NCBI RefSeq assembly: GCF_009914755.1
Contig: NC_060936.1
Source of the DNA: the human T2T-CHM13v2.0 reference genome, Homo sapiens
Strand: one strand, 5' to 3'
DNA length: 64,000 nucleotides
Positions 39,299 to 53,568 of the stretch are shown here, in pieces. Below the pieces are notes generated by a model that was not told where the DNA came from, ran no database searches, and was given only the letters and a program-made list of their open reading frames with translations. Numbering within the stretch: the stretch's first letter is position 1; every line of letters starts with the position of its first letter. A program made the position numbers and the translations under genes.

Positions 39299-40994
39299 AT
39301 AAATTCTTTTGGTTTCAAGCTCCTGATAGTTGTGGGTTACTGCTATGAAGCAGTGTCGCAGGATAAACCCGCTGAGTCCAGGGAGGCCACACGTCAGCTT
39401 GCATCACGGGACTCCTGGGAAAGAAAACCAACCTAAAACGACAGACTGCTGCGCAGTAGAACCTGTTTGGTTCTTCTGACCAAAGCAGGCCATACCCAGT
39501 ATGATCTCCACGCCAAGACTCGCCCAAAACTCATCGGGGCTAACAGATGAGCCACCTGTGAAGACACCAAGGCAGGCCGTGGGCCGGTCGCAGAGTTTCT
39601 GTAAAGCCTTCGCCACCGCCATCGCCATCGGGGATGATCTCCACTCCGTCCGCCCTGTCACAGTGGTGCCAGATTTCAGCCGCCAGCTTCGGTTCTTACG
39701 AGCGGGCTCTGACGGGCTCATGCTTGGCCACAGCAGCTGGTCAGTGTTTGAATATTAATAGGACATGGGTTCTCATATTTGATCCACTGTAAAATGCCTC
39801 TCCCACCCTTGCCCTTTTGCAAAGCCACCTCTCTGAGTCAGTAATTAATTTAAAGGATTCACAATAAGAGGAAAAATCATACATGCCCGTAGGGGCAGGC
39901 AAGCAACGTAAACAGATGAAGGAACCGGATGGTGGTTTCTGCACAGACACCCTCCGTCTGCGTATTAAACACGCAGGAATACTCTTCCCTTCCACAGAGA
40001 AAGAACTTTGCTGTCTCGCATTTTTCTGGTAACACCTAGCTGTCTCGAACTGCATCTCTTTTTCTCGTTGTTGATAGAAACAGGGACATAAAGAAAGCTT
40101 CTTCTCTTCTAAGAGGAGCTGCGGCCGAAGCACAAGGATGAACAGCTGCGGATACTCGGCTTTGGTGCCAGGAAGACCGCGGGGCGTGGCAGGGACCGGG
40201 CCCTGCGAATGGAGCAGCTGAGACTCAGCTCCGCGGAATGACACAAGCCTGGGGCTGCCAGCTCTTCCCATTTTTCAAAAGAAGCTGGAAATGGGTTTTC
40301 GTTTAAAATACCCTGGTTTTCGAATCTTGGCCTGACATGTTTTTAAACACCGTATGAGCCAAGCAAAACACATCTGCAGTTTGTATTCAGCGCCACGGGC
40401 CGTGGATTTGGGACCTCTTCTGGGGAGTCTAACAAAGGCACTTTACGTCCCAGCGTTGCTATTTCCTGGCTAAACGACCTTGGGCTACAAACAAAAGGCT
40501 CCAGGCTTCGGTATCATCCCGTGGAGAGTGACGGTGCCTGCTTCGCGCAGTCTGTCTGAGAATCAAGTGAGATGAGAGACACAAAGTATCTAAAAATCTA
40601 CTTTTCTACCGGTGCACTTTCAGGTTTATTCAAATTACAGAGAATGCCAGGCGTGATTCTCCAGCCGAGTCTATGAAAAACAAGAAAAAGAAAAGCTTAG
40701 CACTTCTTAATGTGTGCGCAGCCAGACACAATGACAGGCTTGATGTTTTCTCTGTGAAATGAGTTATGAGTCATCTGACTCATCTGACAAGGGAATCTGT
40801 TGAGATGGAAAAAACAAAATATATGAGTGATCAGTGATGCAAATAAAGCAACACCGTCACGGGCCTTGCCCTGGAGCTAATGGTAATGGTGGCGATCATG
40901 ATGATGATAATAATCAGAATCATAAAATATACTGAAGGTAAAGATGTACCAGACACATCCCAAATATTTTACCAGTGTAATAATAATAATTATT

Positions 40995-41200
40995 ATACAA
41001 TGCTTACTTTGTGCTGGGGAAATGTGTGGGTATTAATTCATGTAATTCTCATAGCTACCTTAGAAGGCAGGTACTATTATTTTTCCCATTTTACAGATGA
41101 GAAAACTGAGGAAAAGAGAAGTGATGTGGCTTTTCTAAAATCGCTCAGTTGGTAAATGGCAGAGCTGGGATCTGAACCTGGGCATCTTCCTCGGAAGCCC
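40995..41200 (-). mobile_element. MIR
   Basis: cccattttacagatgagaaaactgagg...ggtaaatggcagagctgggatctgaacctggg. Confidence 0.8.
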
Positions 41201-41811
41201 GTGTGATGGTCCTTACACCTCCCCAGGGAAGGGATTCGGCTAGCTGGTGGTGTTTCCAGGCAAGGAGGGCGGCCAATCAGAGGCCCCGCGGAACGGAACT
41301 CCAGGGGCAAGCCCAGGCCATCCGAGCATGCACCTGTCTTCGTGTCCACTTTGCTTTTCCGTTCCTTGTGGCCTTTTCACTGTCTTCTGATCATGAGCCC
41401 ATAAACACTGTCCATCCACTGCAGATAGGGGCAAGCCACAGACCTGACTCTGGGAAGGCAGCTGAAGACAACCAGGAAGGATTTGGAGGCCCTGAAATCG
41501 ACAAGATATGAAAGGACTAAGGGAGGTTCAGGATGCTGACGAGGAGGAAGAGGCTGCCTCTCACCTGGACAGGTGACAGCATCATTTAATACCTGTATAG
41601 GACACTGTCACCTATGCACAGGTGCCTTCCTGGCCATCAGCAGCCTTCCCATTCCCTTATATGCCCGTGTTATTTATTCAAGATCCACAGTGAAAGGGCA
41701 TCCTCACCAGCATCCTCCTGGGTCTTGCGGGGAGAGGGAGGATCTAGCTCCTTTAAGGACCAGAGTGGGAAGTCGGCAGCAGGAATGACCCAGCCATAGA
41801 GCCGTATACTA

Positions 41812-42309
<498 letters not shown>

Positions 42310-42839
42310 TCACCAAATCCTTGGTTGGAATATGGGAGGGGAAGCTCCACACTGAGGAACTGTAAGGCAGCCCAGCTCCGCTTGAGCATTGACATGGACG
42401 GGAGATGAGGTTCCAGGGCCTCAGGAGCTTCCATTCAATTTAACACTCTTCCGGAAACATACATTCAAGGAATTTTTAGCAAGAACTTATTCACATATGT
42501 GCAATTAGGAGAGAAGACCGGTGAAACAGTCATCAGCTCTTTGGTTAAATTATAATTATCAATCTTGTACATGATAAACATAACTTGTATTTGTCACTTA
42601 AAAATAAGTAAATACTTTTTTAAAAATACAATAATCAATCTCATTAAATTATAGAGGACATTAGCTCCTTGGAAATGAAAATCTTTGAAATTAATTTGCA
42701 AAGAACAAAATTTTGTAAACTGTAATTTAACCAAAGTTATAAAATATAATTTCAAATTAATGTGATCAGCCAGCTTTGGCTTAGAGGGCGGGTATCTGGA
42801 GAGAAGGTTAAAGGAAACTTTCCTTTTAAAATGATGCAG

Positions 42840-43453
42840 TGCTGGGTATGGTGGCTCATGCCTGTAATCCCAGCTACTTGGAGGCTGCGGCAGGAAGACT
42901 GCTCCAGCCCAGGAGTTTGTGATCAGCCTGGACAATATAGTGAGACCCCATCTCTACAAAAACTTTTTTTTGTTTGTTTTTGAGACAGTCTCACTGTGTT
43001 ACTAAGGCTGGAGTACAGTGGCGTAATCTTGGCTCACTGCAACCTCCGCCTCCCAGGTTCAGGCGATTCTTCTGCCTCGGTCTCCTGCCTCAGCCTGGGA
43101 TTACAGGTGCCCACCACCATGCCCACTAACTTTTGTGTTTTTAGTAGAGAAGGGGTTTCTCCATGTTGACCAGGCTGGTCTGAAACTTCTGCCCTCAGGT
43201 GATCTGCCCACCTCAGCCTCCCAAAGTGCTGGGATTATAGACATGAGCCACCTCACCCAGCCTACAAAAACTTTAAAAATAAAAATTAGCTGAGCATGGT
43301 GGCAAACGCCTGTAGTCCCAGCTACTCAGTAGGCTGAGGTGGGAGGATCACTTGAGCCCAGGAGGTTGAGGCTGCAGTGAGCTGTGATCCCATCACCACT
43401 GCATTCCAGCCTGGGTGACAGAGTGAAACCCTGTCTCTTAAAAAAAAAAAAAG
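42840..43453 (+). mobile_element. AluJ split by an antisense AluS (42967-43262) in its central A-rich linker
   Basis: Left monomer 42840-42962, right monomer 43263-43453; TSD tacaaaaacttt flanks the inner Alu. Confidence 0.92.
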
Positions 43454-43744
43454 AATATAAGCCCATGGTGTAAGAACAATTGATTTATACAAAAAGCAGA
43501 CAGTGAAAAGAAAGTGACTCTCTCCAAACTTTTCATCGCTCTTTCTCCTCTCAAAGACTACCAGATCCTTACATAGACTTGTGGAAATATTCCAAGCATA
43601 TGACTGCATGTATTCATACAGAGCTCCCTCTTGCTCATAATAAGTGTATTGCATATTATTTTGTACCTGTTCTCTTATTTATTTATGATTTATTTTGCAC
43701 CCCCATGTTGATTGATAAATTATTGATTGATTGGATTTTGATGC

Positions 43745-44005
43745 AGGGTGTCACTCTGTCACCCAGACTAGAGTGCAGTGGCCCGATCCTGGCTCACTGA
43801 AGCCTTCACCTCCGCAGCTCAAGCGATCCTCTCATCTCAGCCTCTCTCTTGAGTAGCTGGGACTACAGATCCACACCACCACACTTGGCTAGCTTGTTAT
43901 ATTTTTGTAGGGATGAGGTCTCACTATATTGCTTAGGCTGGTCTTAAACTCCTGGTCTTAAGCGATCCTCCCACCTTGGCCTCCCAAAGTGCCAGAATTA
44001 CAGAG
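43745..44005 (-). mobile_element. AluJ-like
   Basis: cactctgtcacccagactagagtgcagtgg...ctcaagcgatcct...ccttggcctcccaaagtg. Confidence 0.9.
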
Positions 44006-44031
44006 GCCTACTGATTTAGCAACCAATAGAT

Positions 44032-44334
44032 CAGTGGTTCTGGGCTACAGGCAACCAACTCCCACTCCACCTGTGACACTGGACTACAGGCAACCAACTC
44101 CCACTCTACCTGTGACACTGGACTACAGGCAACCAACTCCCACTCTCCTTGCCAGACTGGGCAATGTCTGAAGACATTTTTGATTGTCACAACTTGGGGG
44201 AGAGGTTGCTATGGCATCTAATGGGTAGAGGACAGGGATTCTATTCTGTTAATGTCCTATAATGCACAAGACAGCCCCACAACCAAAAAATGATCCAGCC
44301 TACATGTCCATAGTGCTGAGGTTGGGAAACCCTA
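44032..44334. mobile_element. MER20 with an internal 39-bp tandem repeat (44041-44146, ~2.7 copies)
   Basis: cagtggttct...ggcaatgtctgaagacatttttgattgtcacaac...gaggttgggaaaccct; unit tggactacaggcaaccaactcccactctacctgtgacac. Confidence 0.85.
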
Positions 44335-44339
44335 GCTTG

Positions 44340-45886
44340 TGAGAGGTGACAGCGTGCTGGCAGTCCTCAGAGCCCTCGCTTGCTCTCGGCACCTCCCCTG
44401 CCTGGGCTCCCACTTTGGTGGCATTTGAGGAGCCCTTCAGTCCTCCACTGCACTGTGGGAGCCCCTTTCTGGGCTGGCCAAGGCCGGAGCCCACTCCCTC
44501 AGCTTGCAGGGAGGTGTGGAGGAAGAAGCACGAGCGGGAACCGGGGCTGCGTGTGGCGCTTGCGGGCCAGCTGGAGTTCCGGGTGGGGGTGGGCTTGGTG
44601 GGCCCCGCACTCGGAGCAGCCAGCCAGCCCTGCTGGCCCCGGGCAGTGAGGGACTTAGCACCCGGGCCAGCGGCTGTGGAGGGTGTACTGGGTCCCCCAG
44701 CAGTGCTGGCCCACCGGCGCTGCGCTCGATTTCTCGCCGGGCCTTAGCTGCCTTCCCACGCGGCAGGGCTTGGGACCTGCAGCCCGCCATGCCTGAGCCT
44801 CCCACCCACTCCATGGGCTCCTGTGCAGCCCGAGCCTCCCCGACGAGTGCCACCCCCTGCTCCACGGCGCCCAGTCCCGTCGACCACCCAAGGGCTGAGG
44901 AATGCGAGGGCAGGGGGCAGGACTGGCAGGCAGCTCCACCTGCAGCCCCGGTGCGGGATCCACTAGGTGAAGCCAGCTGGGCTCTTGAGTCTGGTGGGGA
45001 CGTGGAGAGTCATTATATCTAGCTCAGGGATTGTAAACACACCAATCAGCACCCTGTGTTTAGCTCAAGGTTTGTGAGTGCACCAGTCGACACTCTGTAT
45101 CTAGCTGCTCTGGTGAGGACGTGGAGAACCTTTATGTCTAGCTCAAGGATTGTAAATACACCAATCGGCACTCTGTATCTAGCTCAAGGTTTGTAAACAC
45201 ACCAATTAGCACCCTGTGTTTAGCTCAAGGTTTGTAAATGCAGGAATCAACACTGTATCTAGCTGCTCTGGTGGGGCCTTGGAGAACCTGTGTGTGGAAA
45301 CTCTGTATCTAACTAATCTGATGGGGACATGGAGAACCTTTGTATCTAGCTCAGGGATTGTAAACGCACCAATCAGCGCCCTGACAAAACAGGCCGCTCG
45401 GCTCTACCAATCAGCAGGATGTGGGTGGGGCCAGATAGGAGAATAAAAGCAGGCTGCCCGAGCCAGCAGTGGCAACCCGCTCGGGCCCCCTTCCACAGCG
45501 TGGAAGCTTTGTTCTTTCGCTCTTTGCAATAAATCTTGCTACTGCTCACTCTTTGGGTCCACGCTGCTTTTATGAGCTGTAATACTCACCCCGAAGGTCT
45601 GCAGCTTCACTCCTGAGCCCAGCGAGACCACGAGCCCACCGGGAGGAACGAACAACTCCAGACGCACTGCCTTAAGAGCTGTAACACTCACCGTGAAGGT
45701 CTGCAGCTTCACTCCTGAGCCAGCGAGACCACGAACCCACCAGAAGGAAGAAACTCTGAACACATCTGAACATCAGAAGGGACAGACTCCAGACACGCCA
45801 CCTGAAGAGCTGTAACACTCACCGCGAGGGTCCATGGCTTCATTCTTGAAGTCAGTGAGACCAAGAACCCACCAATTCTGGACACA
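44340..45886 (+). mobile_element. Solo LTR12C (HERV9 LTR), full length
   Basis: Starts tgagaggtgacagcgtgctggcag and ends ccaattctggacaca, with a perfect 4-bp TSD CTTG (44336-39 / 45887-90). It has internal U3 tandem repeats with CCAAT boxes, TATA-like gaataaaag at 45441 and AATAAA at 45528. Confidence 0.97.
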
Positions 45887-46013
45887 CTTGGACCAATGAA
45901 ACTGCGGGGGCCGTGTTGTGGCATTGGATGGGACACTGCCCTTATCGGGTCTCCTTTCCAGGATGGTCACTCTGGCAGGGAGAGAGTTGGATGGATTGGA
46001 GAGATTAGGGAGG

Positions 46014-46035
46014 ACACACACACACACACACACAC
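46014..46035. repeat. (AC)11 microsatellite
   Basis: acacacacacacacacacacac. Confidence 0.95.
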
Positions 46036-47259
46036 TCTTAAACTGTTTCTAATTATTTGCTCTTGGTTGGGATGAAAAAGATACCGTGTCTGTTGACTTG
46101 TGAATGGGGGGCATTCCTGAAGAGGGAGGGAGGAGAGAGACAGAAAGAGAGACGAAGAGGAAGGGAGGGGGGAGAGATGGAAGGACTCATGAGTGACTGT
46201 CACAGGCAGGACCCCCCAAGCATTTGCAAATCCTAGCTCACCTATTGCCCTCCTATTTTAAAACTCCTTACTCCTAAATTCTTAACAAGAACCTGTTACC
46301 AAAGAATACCATTTTAACTCCACCTAGGCTGAGTGACAGCACAGCACAGGGGTCAGGACCAAGGCTTACAGAGCAGCCCAACCACCTGCCCCTAGGCTCC
46401 AAATCTGAATCCTGGATTCAGAATATTCAGGTGTGTATGCAAAGAAGGAAAGGCAACTTCTGTGACTGAGCTACAGGAAATGGAAAGAAGGAAGCCCCCC
46501 CTCCCCACGGAAGTAGCTCACCCATATGCTAGAAAAGAAAACCAAATTCTATCTGGAACTGAATCTGATCAGATTGGATTTTCCTCTTTTGGCAAGTGGG
46601 GGCTTGGCATTGCAGAGAGAGGTGGAAGAGAGAGGAGGGAAACGGTGCCCCGGACGATTTTCTTTTCCCTCCTGTAAGCTGAGCTTCCGGAGTCACCCCC
46701 ACTCACCTGTCATGGGCAGCACCCGGAAGCTGCCGCTATCGGGCTGGTCAAAGCTACTGGGGACATGCAGGATTCATTCTGCTTTCATTAAGGACCCCTA
46801 AGCATCCTGGCCCAGCCAGACAGGAAGATGCAAAAGAAAAAAAATCCGAGGACAATGAAGCAGTGAGTGAATCGGTTGTGTTAATCTAGGGAAGAAGCCG
46901 GTCCACTACCCTCCCCACCTTGGCCAGAACTGGGTAACGCAGAGACCTGAGTCACGGGAAGAGGGTGCAAGATGCCCCTTGGAGGGCACGGCCCTGGGTC
47001 CTCATTGGCAGCCGGTTGCACGGAGTCTCTACTCGTCTCTCCCAGGCGTGGAAAAGGCCTCCCGGAATATCTGCAGCTCCAAAGATCATGACTTCAACCT
47101 CTGATGAAAAGACAACTCCAACTTCATTTTGGGGCTTACTGTTGTCTCCTTGTCGTGGAAGTATTTTTTAACCTTAGGAAAGTTTAGAATTATATGTGGA
47201 ACAGAGGCAACTATTGAAATCATAGTATCATGTCATGTTACCTATAAGAACAGCTCTAT

Positions 47260-47990
<731 letters not shown>

Positions 47991-48628
47991 TTAAGAAAAT
48001 GTGAAGTTTAAAACTGGTTACATGATTTGAGATGTTTAACAGAATTTAAGATTTATTCAACTTTTAAGAGTTAAGTATGTTAAGTAGTAAGAAAAACGGA
48101 AGTGTTTTTGAAAGATGAGATTATTCCATTAACATATGCTGTTGAAAACATTTGATGAAAGTTAATTAACAAAGTTGCTAATGTTTTCTTCAAGCATAAT
48201 GTGAAAGTTGGCTAGATTCACATGTAGACTAATGAGGTTTGTAAAATGAACATGGAAGATTAAAGGAGAAGTTGCTTTTTGTGTGTTTTTGGTTTTGTTT
48301 TTAATTTACAATTTAAAAAATTCAAAAGCTGGTCTCAAAGACACCACCTTGAGACCAGGTTCAGAGCTTTATCATAACCTTAATCCCCTACCCACCTACT
48401 TCCCGAGAAGTAAAAACCAACTCCAGAAAGATTAACACGGAAATGGTGTTTTAAGGGCAATTTGAGGGAGAAATAAGAAAGGGATTTGCATCGTATGGCA
48501 GGGTAATAGTTTAATATTTCATCTTAGGCCTCTCACTGCTTCCCCTCACTGTGTCTCTCCTTTCAACGCCCTCTCCTCACCCTGTTTACTCTTCCTTGGT
48601 CATCTGTGGACGTGTATTCTTCCATGCA

Positions 48629-48873
48629 TTTTTGTTTTTGTTTTTGAGACAGGGTCTTGCTCTGTTGCCCAAGCTGGAGTGCAGTGGTGGGGTCATGGCT
48701 CACTGCAGCCTCGGACTCCCAGGCTCAGGCGACCCTCCTGCCTCAGCCTCCTGAGCAGCTGGGACTACATGCACGTGGCACCACACCTGTCTAATTTTTT
48801 TGTTTTTTGTTTTTTTGTAGAAGTAGGGTTTCCTGATGTTGCCCAGGTTGGTCTCAAACTCCTGGGCTCAAGC
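48629..48873 (-). mobile_element. AluJ, 5'-truncated
   Basis: ttttgagacagggtcttgctctgttgccc...ctcctgggctcaagc. Confidence 0.9.
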
Positions 48874-49231
48874 CACACAACTTTTAAAGTAAGCTTATCC
48901 ATTTCCTCAATGGATTTTCACTAGGATTCTATTGAACCCATAGAATAACTTGAGGGGGCGATGGCGTGTACTTTCTGTTACTTGCAAACCACAGCTTCCA
49001 ATCAAGATGCTTCTCATCTCCTTTGTAAAAGTAAAGATTTCTGGCTGCACTTTTAGCCCTTCAGGTGCAATGCATCTTTGGAGGTTAAGCATTTAGTTCA
49101 GTCCCCCGGGTATAATTGGTGCTGGGTAAATATTTGTCATATAAGTTAATTTCATATCTAAACTCATCCTACAAGAAGTTGAGGTTTCAGAGCAACTCGT
49201 CTCATCCTCGTATAACTTACCTGGAGCAGCT

Positions 49232-49250
49232 TAGCCTCTAGGTGGCACTG
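49232..49250 (+). promoter_or_regulatory. Candidate CTCF site
   Basis: tagCCTCTAGGTGGCACtg is a one-mismatch match to the CTCF core CCASYAGRKGGCRS; binding not shown. Confidence 0.6.
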
Positions 49251-49819
49251 CAGAGCCGGAGACCTGAGTATCCAGCCTTCATTAAATAAACCATCTCAAA
49301 GAAAAATGAATAGGGAGTAATTTGGGGAGATTAGATGGCTTGGGCTGGGACTCCTACCATTGCTCTCGCAATGCTCCATCTCTGGAGCTGGGGGGAACGT
49401 CTCAGTTCAGAAATTCCAGAACCATTCATCAGCCCTTGGCGTTGACATGAAATGAAATAAAGTCGTTAGCTTGTAAAATACAGGATTTCGTTCTCCCTAT
49501 ATCTGTCAATCTGTTTTATGGTTGGTTCAGCCCTGCCATAAAATGTGAAGGAATTAGAATAAATGCTGGATTTACCGCTCCTTGAATACGCTTTCTGAAA
49601 TGATACAGCCACGCGATACGGACACTCGGAGCCAGACAAGAACTTCTCTGTGCAGATTGTATACTCTAGTCCCTCCGGAGTTCATGAGCTTGGCCAAGGG
49701 GAGCTGCCTGTAGCATGTCTGCAGAGAAAATTAACATAAAACCGAATAAGTGACATCTTCAAGTGACTTCATCAATGGGAGCTAAGTCATGCCAAAGTTG
49801 TCTACTTGGGGCAGCGTAA

Positions 49820-50195
49820 ACAAAGAAAGAAGTGACATACACCAACATCGATGGAGCCCCAAACATTATTCTGAGCAAAAGATACCAGACCAAGAAGTGG
49901 GTGTGTATTCTATGATGTCATGTATTTAAAATTCTGGCAAAGGCAAATCTAATCTATAATGGCAGAAAAGAGGGAGTTATCTACAGTTGGGAACGGGGGT
50001 GATGGAGGGGCACAGAGAACTTTAAGGGTGATGCTAATGTTCTTCTATGTCTTTATTAGGATGGTTACCTGAGTTGTATATGTTAATCAAAACTCATGAA
50101 ATCATTGCAATTAATGAGTTCAGGTGAGACTCACCTGAAGTAGGTGAGATTTATTGTATATAAGCTATACATCAATAAAGTTCATTTAAAAAAAT
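49820..50195 (+). mobile_element. Ancient L1M (L1MC/ME-like) 3' end
   Basis: aaacattattctgagcaaaagataccagac...aaggcaaatctaatctata...atcaataaagttcatttaaaaaaa. Confidence 0.7.
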
Positions 50196-52508
50196 CAGGA
50201 TGTCTGACTTGGCACAGAAACTCCAGAGCCATGTTGCCGTGTGTGGACAGTAACTAATAGTGAATATACTCAGAAACTTTTTAAAAAGTTGTTCACTTCC
50301 TTATTTGATAAAGTATTAATTATCAGCAAATGTCAGCAATGCAGGCCAAGGGGCTTTGGGCAACAGCCAGCAGTGTTCATTAGCCTTAACCATCTCTGAA
50401 ATATTTTCAATAAATGCATAGTTTATTCTTCCTCTACATCCCTAGGCTGTGTTTCTATGAAAGGCTCCTTGTCCTCTTGGAGATGGCTTCATTAGTCTTG
50501 GTAACAACTAACTGGTCATCTGGAAGTCAGCATGAGCTGGACAGGAAGTCAAGGACGGTCACCATTCATTTATTCATTTATCTGTTTGTTAATTCACTAT
50601 TTCCTGAGTACCTATGAGGCCAGCTCTGTGTTCAGCAATTTTATGACAGAAAATGAGTTCGGATCTATCCTAAGAAGTTCACATGGATTAATTTAGTATT
50701 TATTAAATACTAGCTGTCTAATTGTTGTATGTAGAAAAAAGTTTGTGCTTCAATGGAAAACTATTATTTGTCACAGAGGACACCCATCTGATTATAGTCT
50801 TTCATTGTCTTTGAGCTATATTACAAATCTTTAAGTTGAAGATAACTGGCAGAAATGCAAAAATCATTCATATAGAAATGCAAATCCTATAAAGGCTAGA
50901 GATCCTATAAGAGGAGGACGGTCGGTAGACGTCCAGTTGACCTCCTTCCTCTGAAAGAATCAAGCTTGCCTTCATTTGAGCAGACATTTCAGCATTCCTG
51001 ATCTATAAATGTGTCTGTTCTTAGGATTCTCTTTAGAACTGGTGGTAACATGTCGGGTTTCATCATTTACTAGTGAGCAGAATAGAATGTAATCATTAAC
51101 ATGCATTCATTTGTAAATCTGCATGACAGTCACGATTTTACCTTTTTTGAGAATTATCTTTTAACACACGATATACAGGGAACACTAACAATTAGCGCAG
51201 TTGGGGAGGTTACTGACATCCCAGATCACTGGGAATGGGGCGCTGGCTCCATTTGGTACCATCTCAAATTCTGGAACAAGGATTCTCTCCCCCACCATCC
51301 CCACACATCCAGTCCTCGAATCTGGCTCTCTGGGGCTTATGTTTTTCTCTCATGATATTGAAGGATACAGGCTAGGGTGGCCTGCACTGGCTAAAACTCC
51401 TAGAGGCTGGGGTGTCACTCCTGGTAGATGCTCCACAAGCAAAATCCTGGCTGCTGTCATCAGGGGACCCTCAGTGGACCCCAGGGGAGGTGGCTTGCAC
51501 GGCGTCTCTGTGCAGGGCTCAGTGGGGGCACAGCAGAGTGTGGGCACGTGGGCTGCTGGCTGAAGGGCCCACGCTCATGGGTGTTAGGGATGACAAGGGT
51601 CACACAGGAGGCAGAGGTCCCATAGCCCCACGGTTCCTAGACCTGACTCAGGAAGCGAGCCCCATGTGAGGCCGGCCTGCGTTTCAAAGGCGGAGGTGCT
51701 AATAATCCCAAAGGAGGACCACTTTCTCCCCAAATCAGAGATCGTGGAAAATGACAAGGCAGCCCACCCACCGTCCACTCACCCGCAGGCATCTCCACAC
51801 CTGTCGTGGCCCCTGCAGCCAAGGCAGGCCTGTGTCCATCTGGCTGTCTGGACACAAAGGAGGAAGGGCCTGCCCGTGGTCAATTTTCCACCCGGCCCCT
51901 CCCCTCCTCACTCTTTCCAACAGCGCTCCCTTTGTTGGGAAGGGTGTGGTGGGGAACTGACCATGGGGGAGGCCCTTTCAAAGAGGAAATAAGGTGTGCC
52001 GGCACACCAGCACACGACGCTTGACCCCACACCACTCTGAGTCTGCAAATGCCCGTCCAAAGGCTTAGGTTGCAAATCACTCGCTCTTCAACACCTGTCT
52101 ATCGCAAGCCTCCGATGCACTGTGCACTTTCTTATGGTTGCTGGAGATGGATACACAAACCATCAAACAACAATCTTTTGACTTCTGCTCCTTCGTTGCA
52201 GAATTTGGGAACCTGTCATGACCTTTCACCACCAGAAAAGACCACCCTGACTGATGAATCTGGGCAAGTTACCACTGTACGGATTGTGAGGTCGGTGACC
52301 GAAACTGCCGTTGATCACATGAATATATAAATGAAGAAATAAATGACAGAACCCATGAGAAGATGCTTGCTCGTGGATTTTAAATTTCCTATTGGCTAGT
52401 CTGGAATCACTTGGGGGTAGAACAAGATAAAGTTGGCTGTATCACCTATGCAAACATGGTAACAACAGCACATTGACATTAGAAAGTAAAACACTCAGTA
52501 TTCTATGC

Positions 52509-52702
52509 AACAAGTTGGCAGACTACAACCCATGGGCCAGCTGCGTGCTTTTGTAAATAAAGTTTTATTGGAAAGCGGCCATGCCCCTTCATCTAATGTG
52601 TTATAGTGGCGGAATTAACTTGCTGTGACAGAGACTGTAAGTCCCCAAAAGCCTAAAGTATTTACTGTCTGGCTGTATACAGAAAAAGTTTGCCAACCCC
52701 TG
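52509..52702. mobile_element. MER58-like hAT-Charlie
   Basis: ttttgtaaataaagttttattggaa...aaaaagtttgccaacccctg; 8-bp TSD ttctatgc/atctatgc. Confidence 0.85.
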
Positions 52703-53072
52703 ATCTATGCTAAATACCTATTACTGTCATTGTTTAACAGCTGGAAACGGAAGCCACCTTAGTTATTTTAGGGAGAAAGGGAATTTAATAAAGGGAATTG
52801 GCAGTTTATAAAAGCAGTGGAAGGACTGTAGTTGAGGACAGCACCCAAGACCTCCAGAAATAGCTCCTAGAACAACCCCACAGAACCAGGCAAGGCAGGG
52901 AGTGCCTCCCCTTAGGGGTGAGGGAAACAGTACATACTACACTCTGGGACCAGGAAGCCACGCCTATGGTCCCCATAACTGCCTCTGGGCACCTGTGGAT
53001 TTAGAAACTGTGCACTGGCCTCAAATGCAAAAACAATTTCCATCCCCTCTCTAATGATGTTGCCTGTAGGAA

Positions 53073-53568
53073 CATTACAGTGGGTAGCTAGTCGGGCATG
53101 AGCAGGCAGGAGAGGGCTCCCCGCCACACAGACACACATACACCAGGAGTGTTGGGGGCCATCAGGTGATGGTCAGGAGGTTGTTAACTGTCTCTCGAAA
53201 GTAATAACTGATCACAGCCAACACCAGGGAAAGGCAGGCTCCTAATAGATAGAAAACAGGTGAAACTCATCAGCAGTTTCCCAATAAGATCCTGGGAGTG
53301 GGGGAAGAGACACCAGACCTCGGGAGTAACCAACGAATAAAACCCAAGTCAAACAGTCAAGCTGCACACTGGTCTTTTGAGTCACCTGCTTGGCCCTCTT
53401 CCAAGTGTACTTTCCTTTCCTTCTTGCACTAAAGTGTTTTGATCAACTTCCACTCCTGCTCTAAAACTTGCCTCTCTCTCTCCCATCTTGTGCCCCTCCT
53501 CAAATTCTTTTTTCTGGGGAGGCAAGACTTGAGGTTGCTGCAGACTCAGATCCCTTCCACGGCGAACA
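53073..53568 (+). mobile_element. MER50-like ERV1 LTR
   Basis: gtagctagtcgggcatgagcaggcaggagagggc...ccatcaggtgatggtcagg...aaacttccactcctgctctaaaacttgcctc-like...gaggttgctgcagac...aaca. Confidence 0.75.

Noticed and set aside
39404-40271. GC/CpG-rich ORFs (85-176 aa) as a coding exon or retrocopy
   Set aside because: No recognisable protein family, no polyA/TSD and no clear splice boundaries.
44300-45936. Overlapping 100-170 aa ORFs
   Set aside because: All lie within the GC-rich LTR12C, where stop codons are scarce; no gag/pol/env sequence is present.
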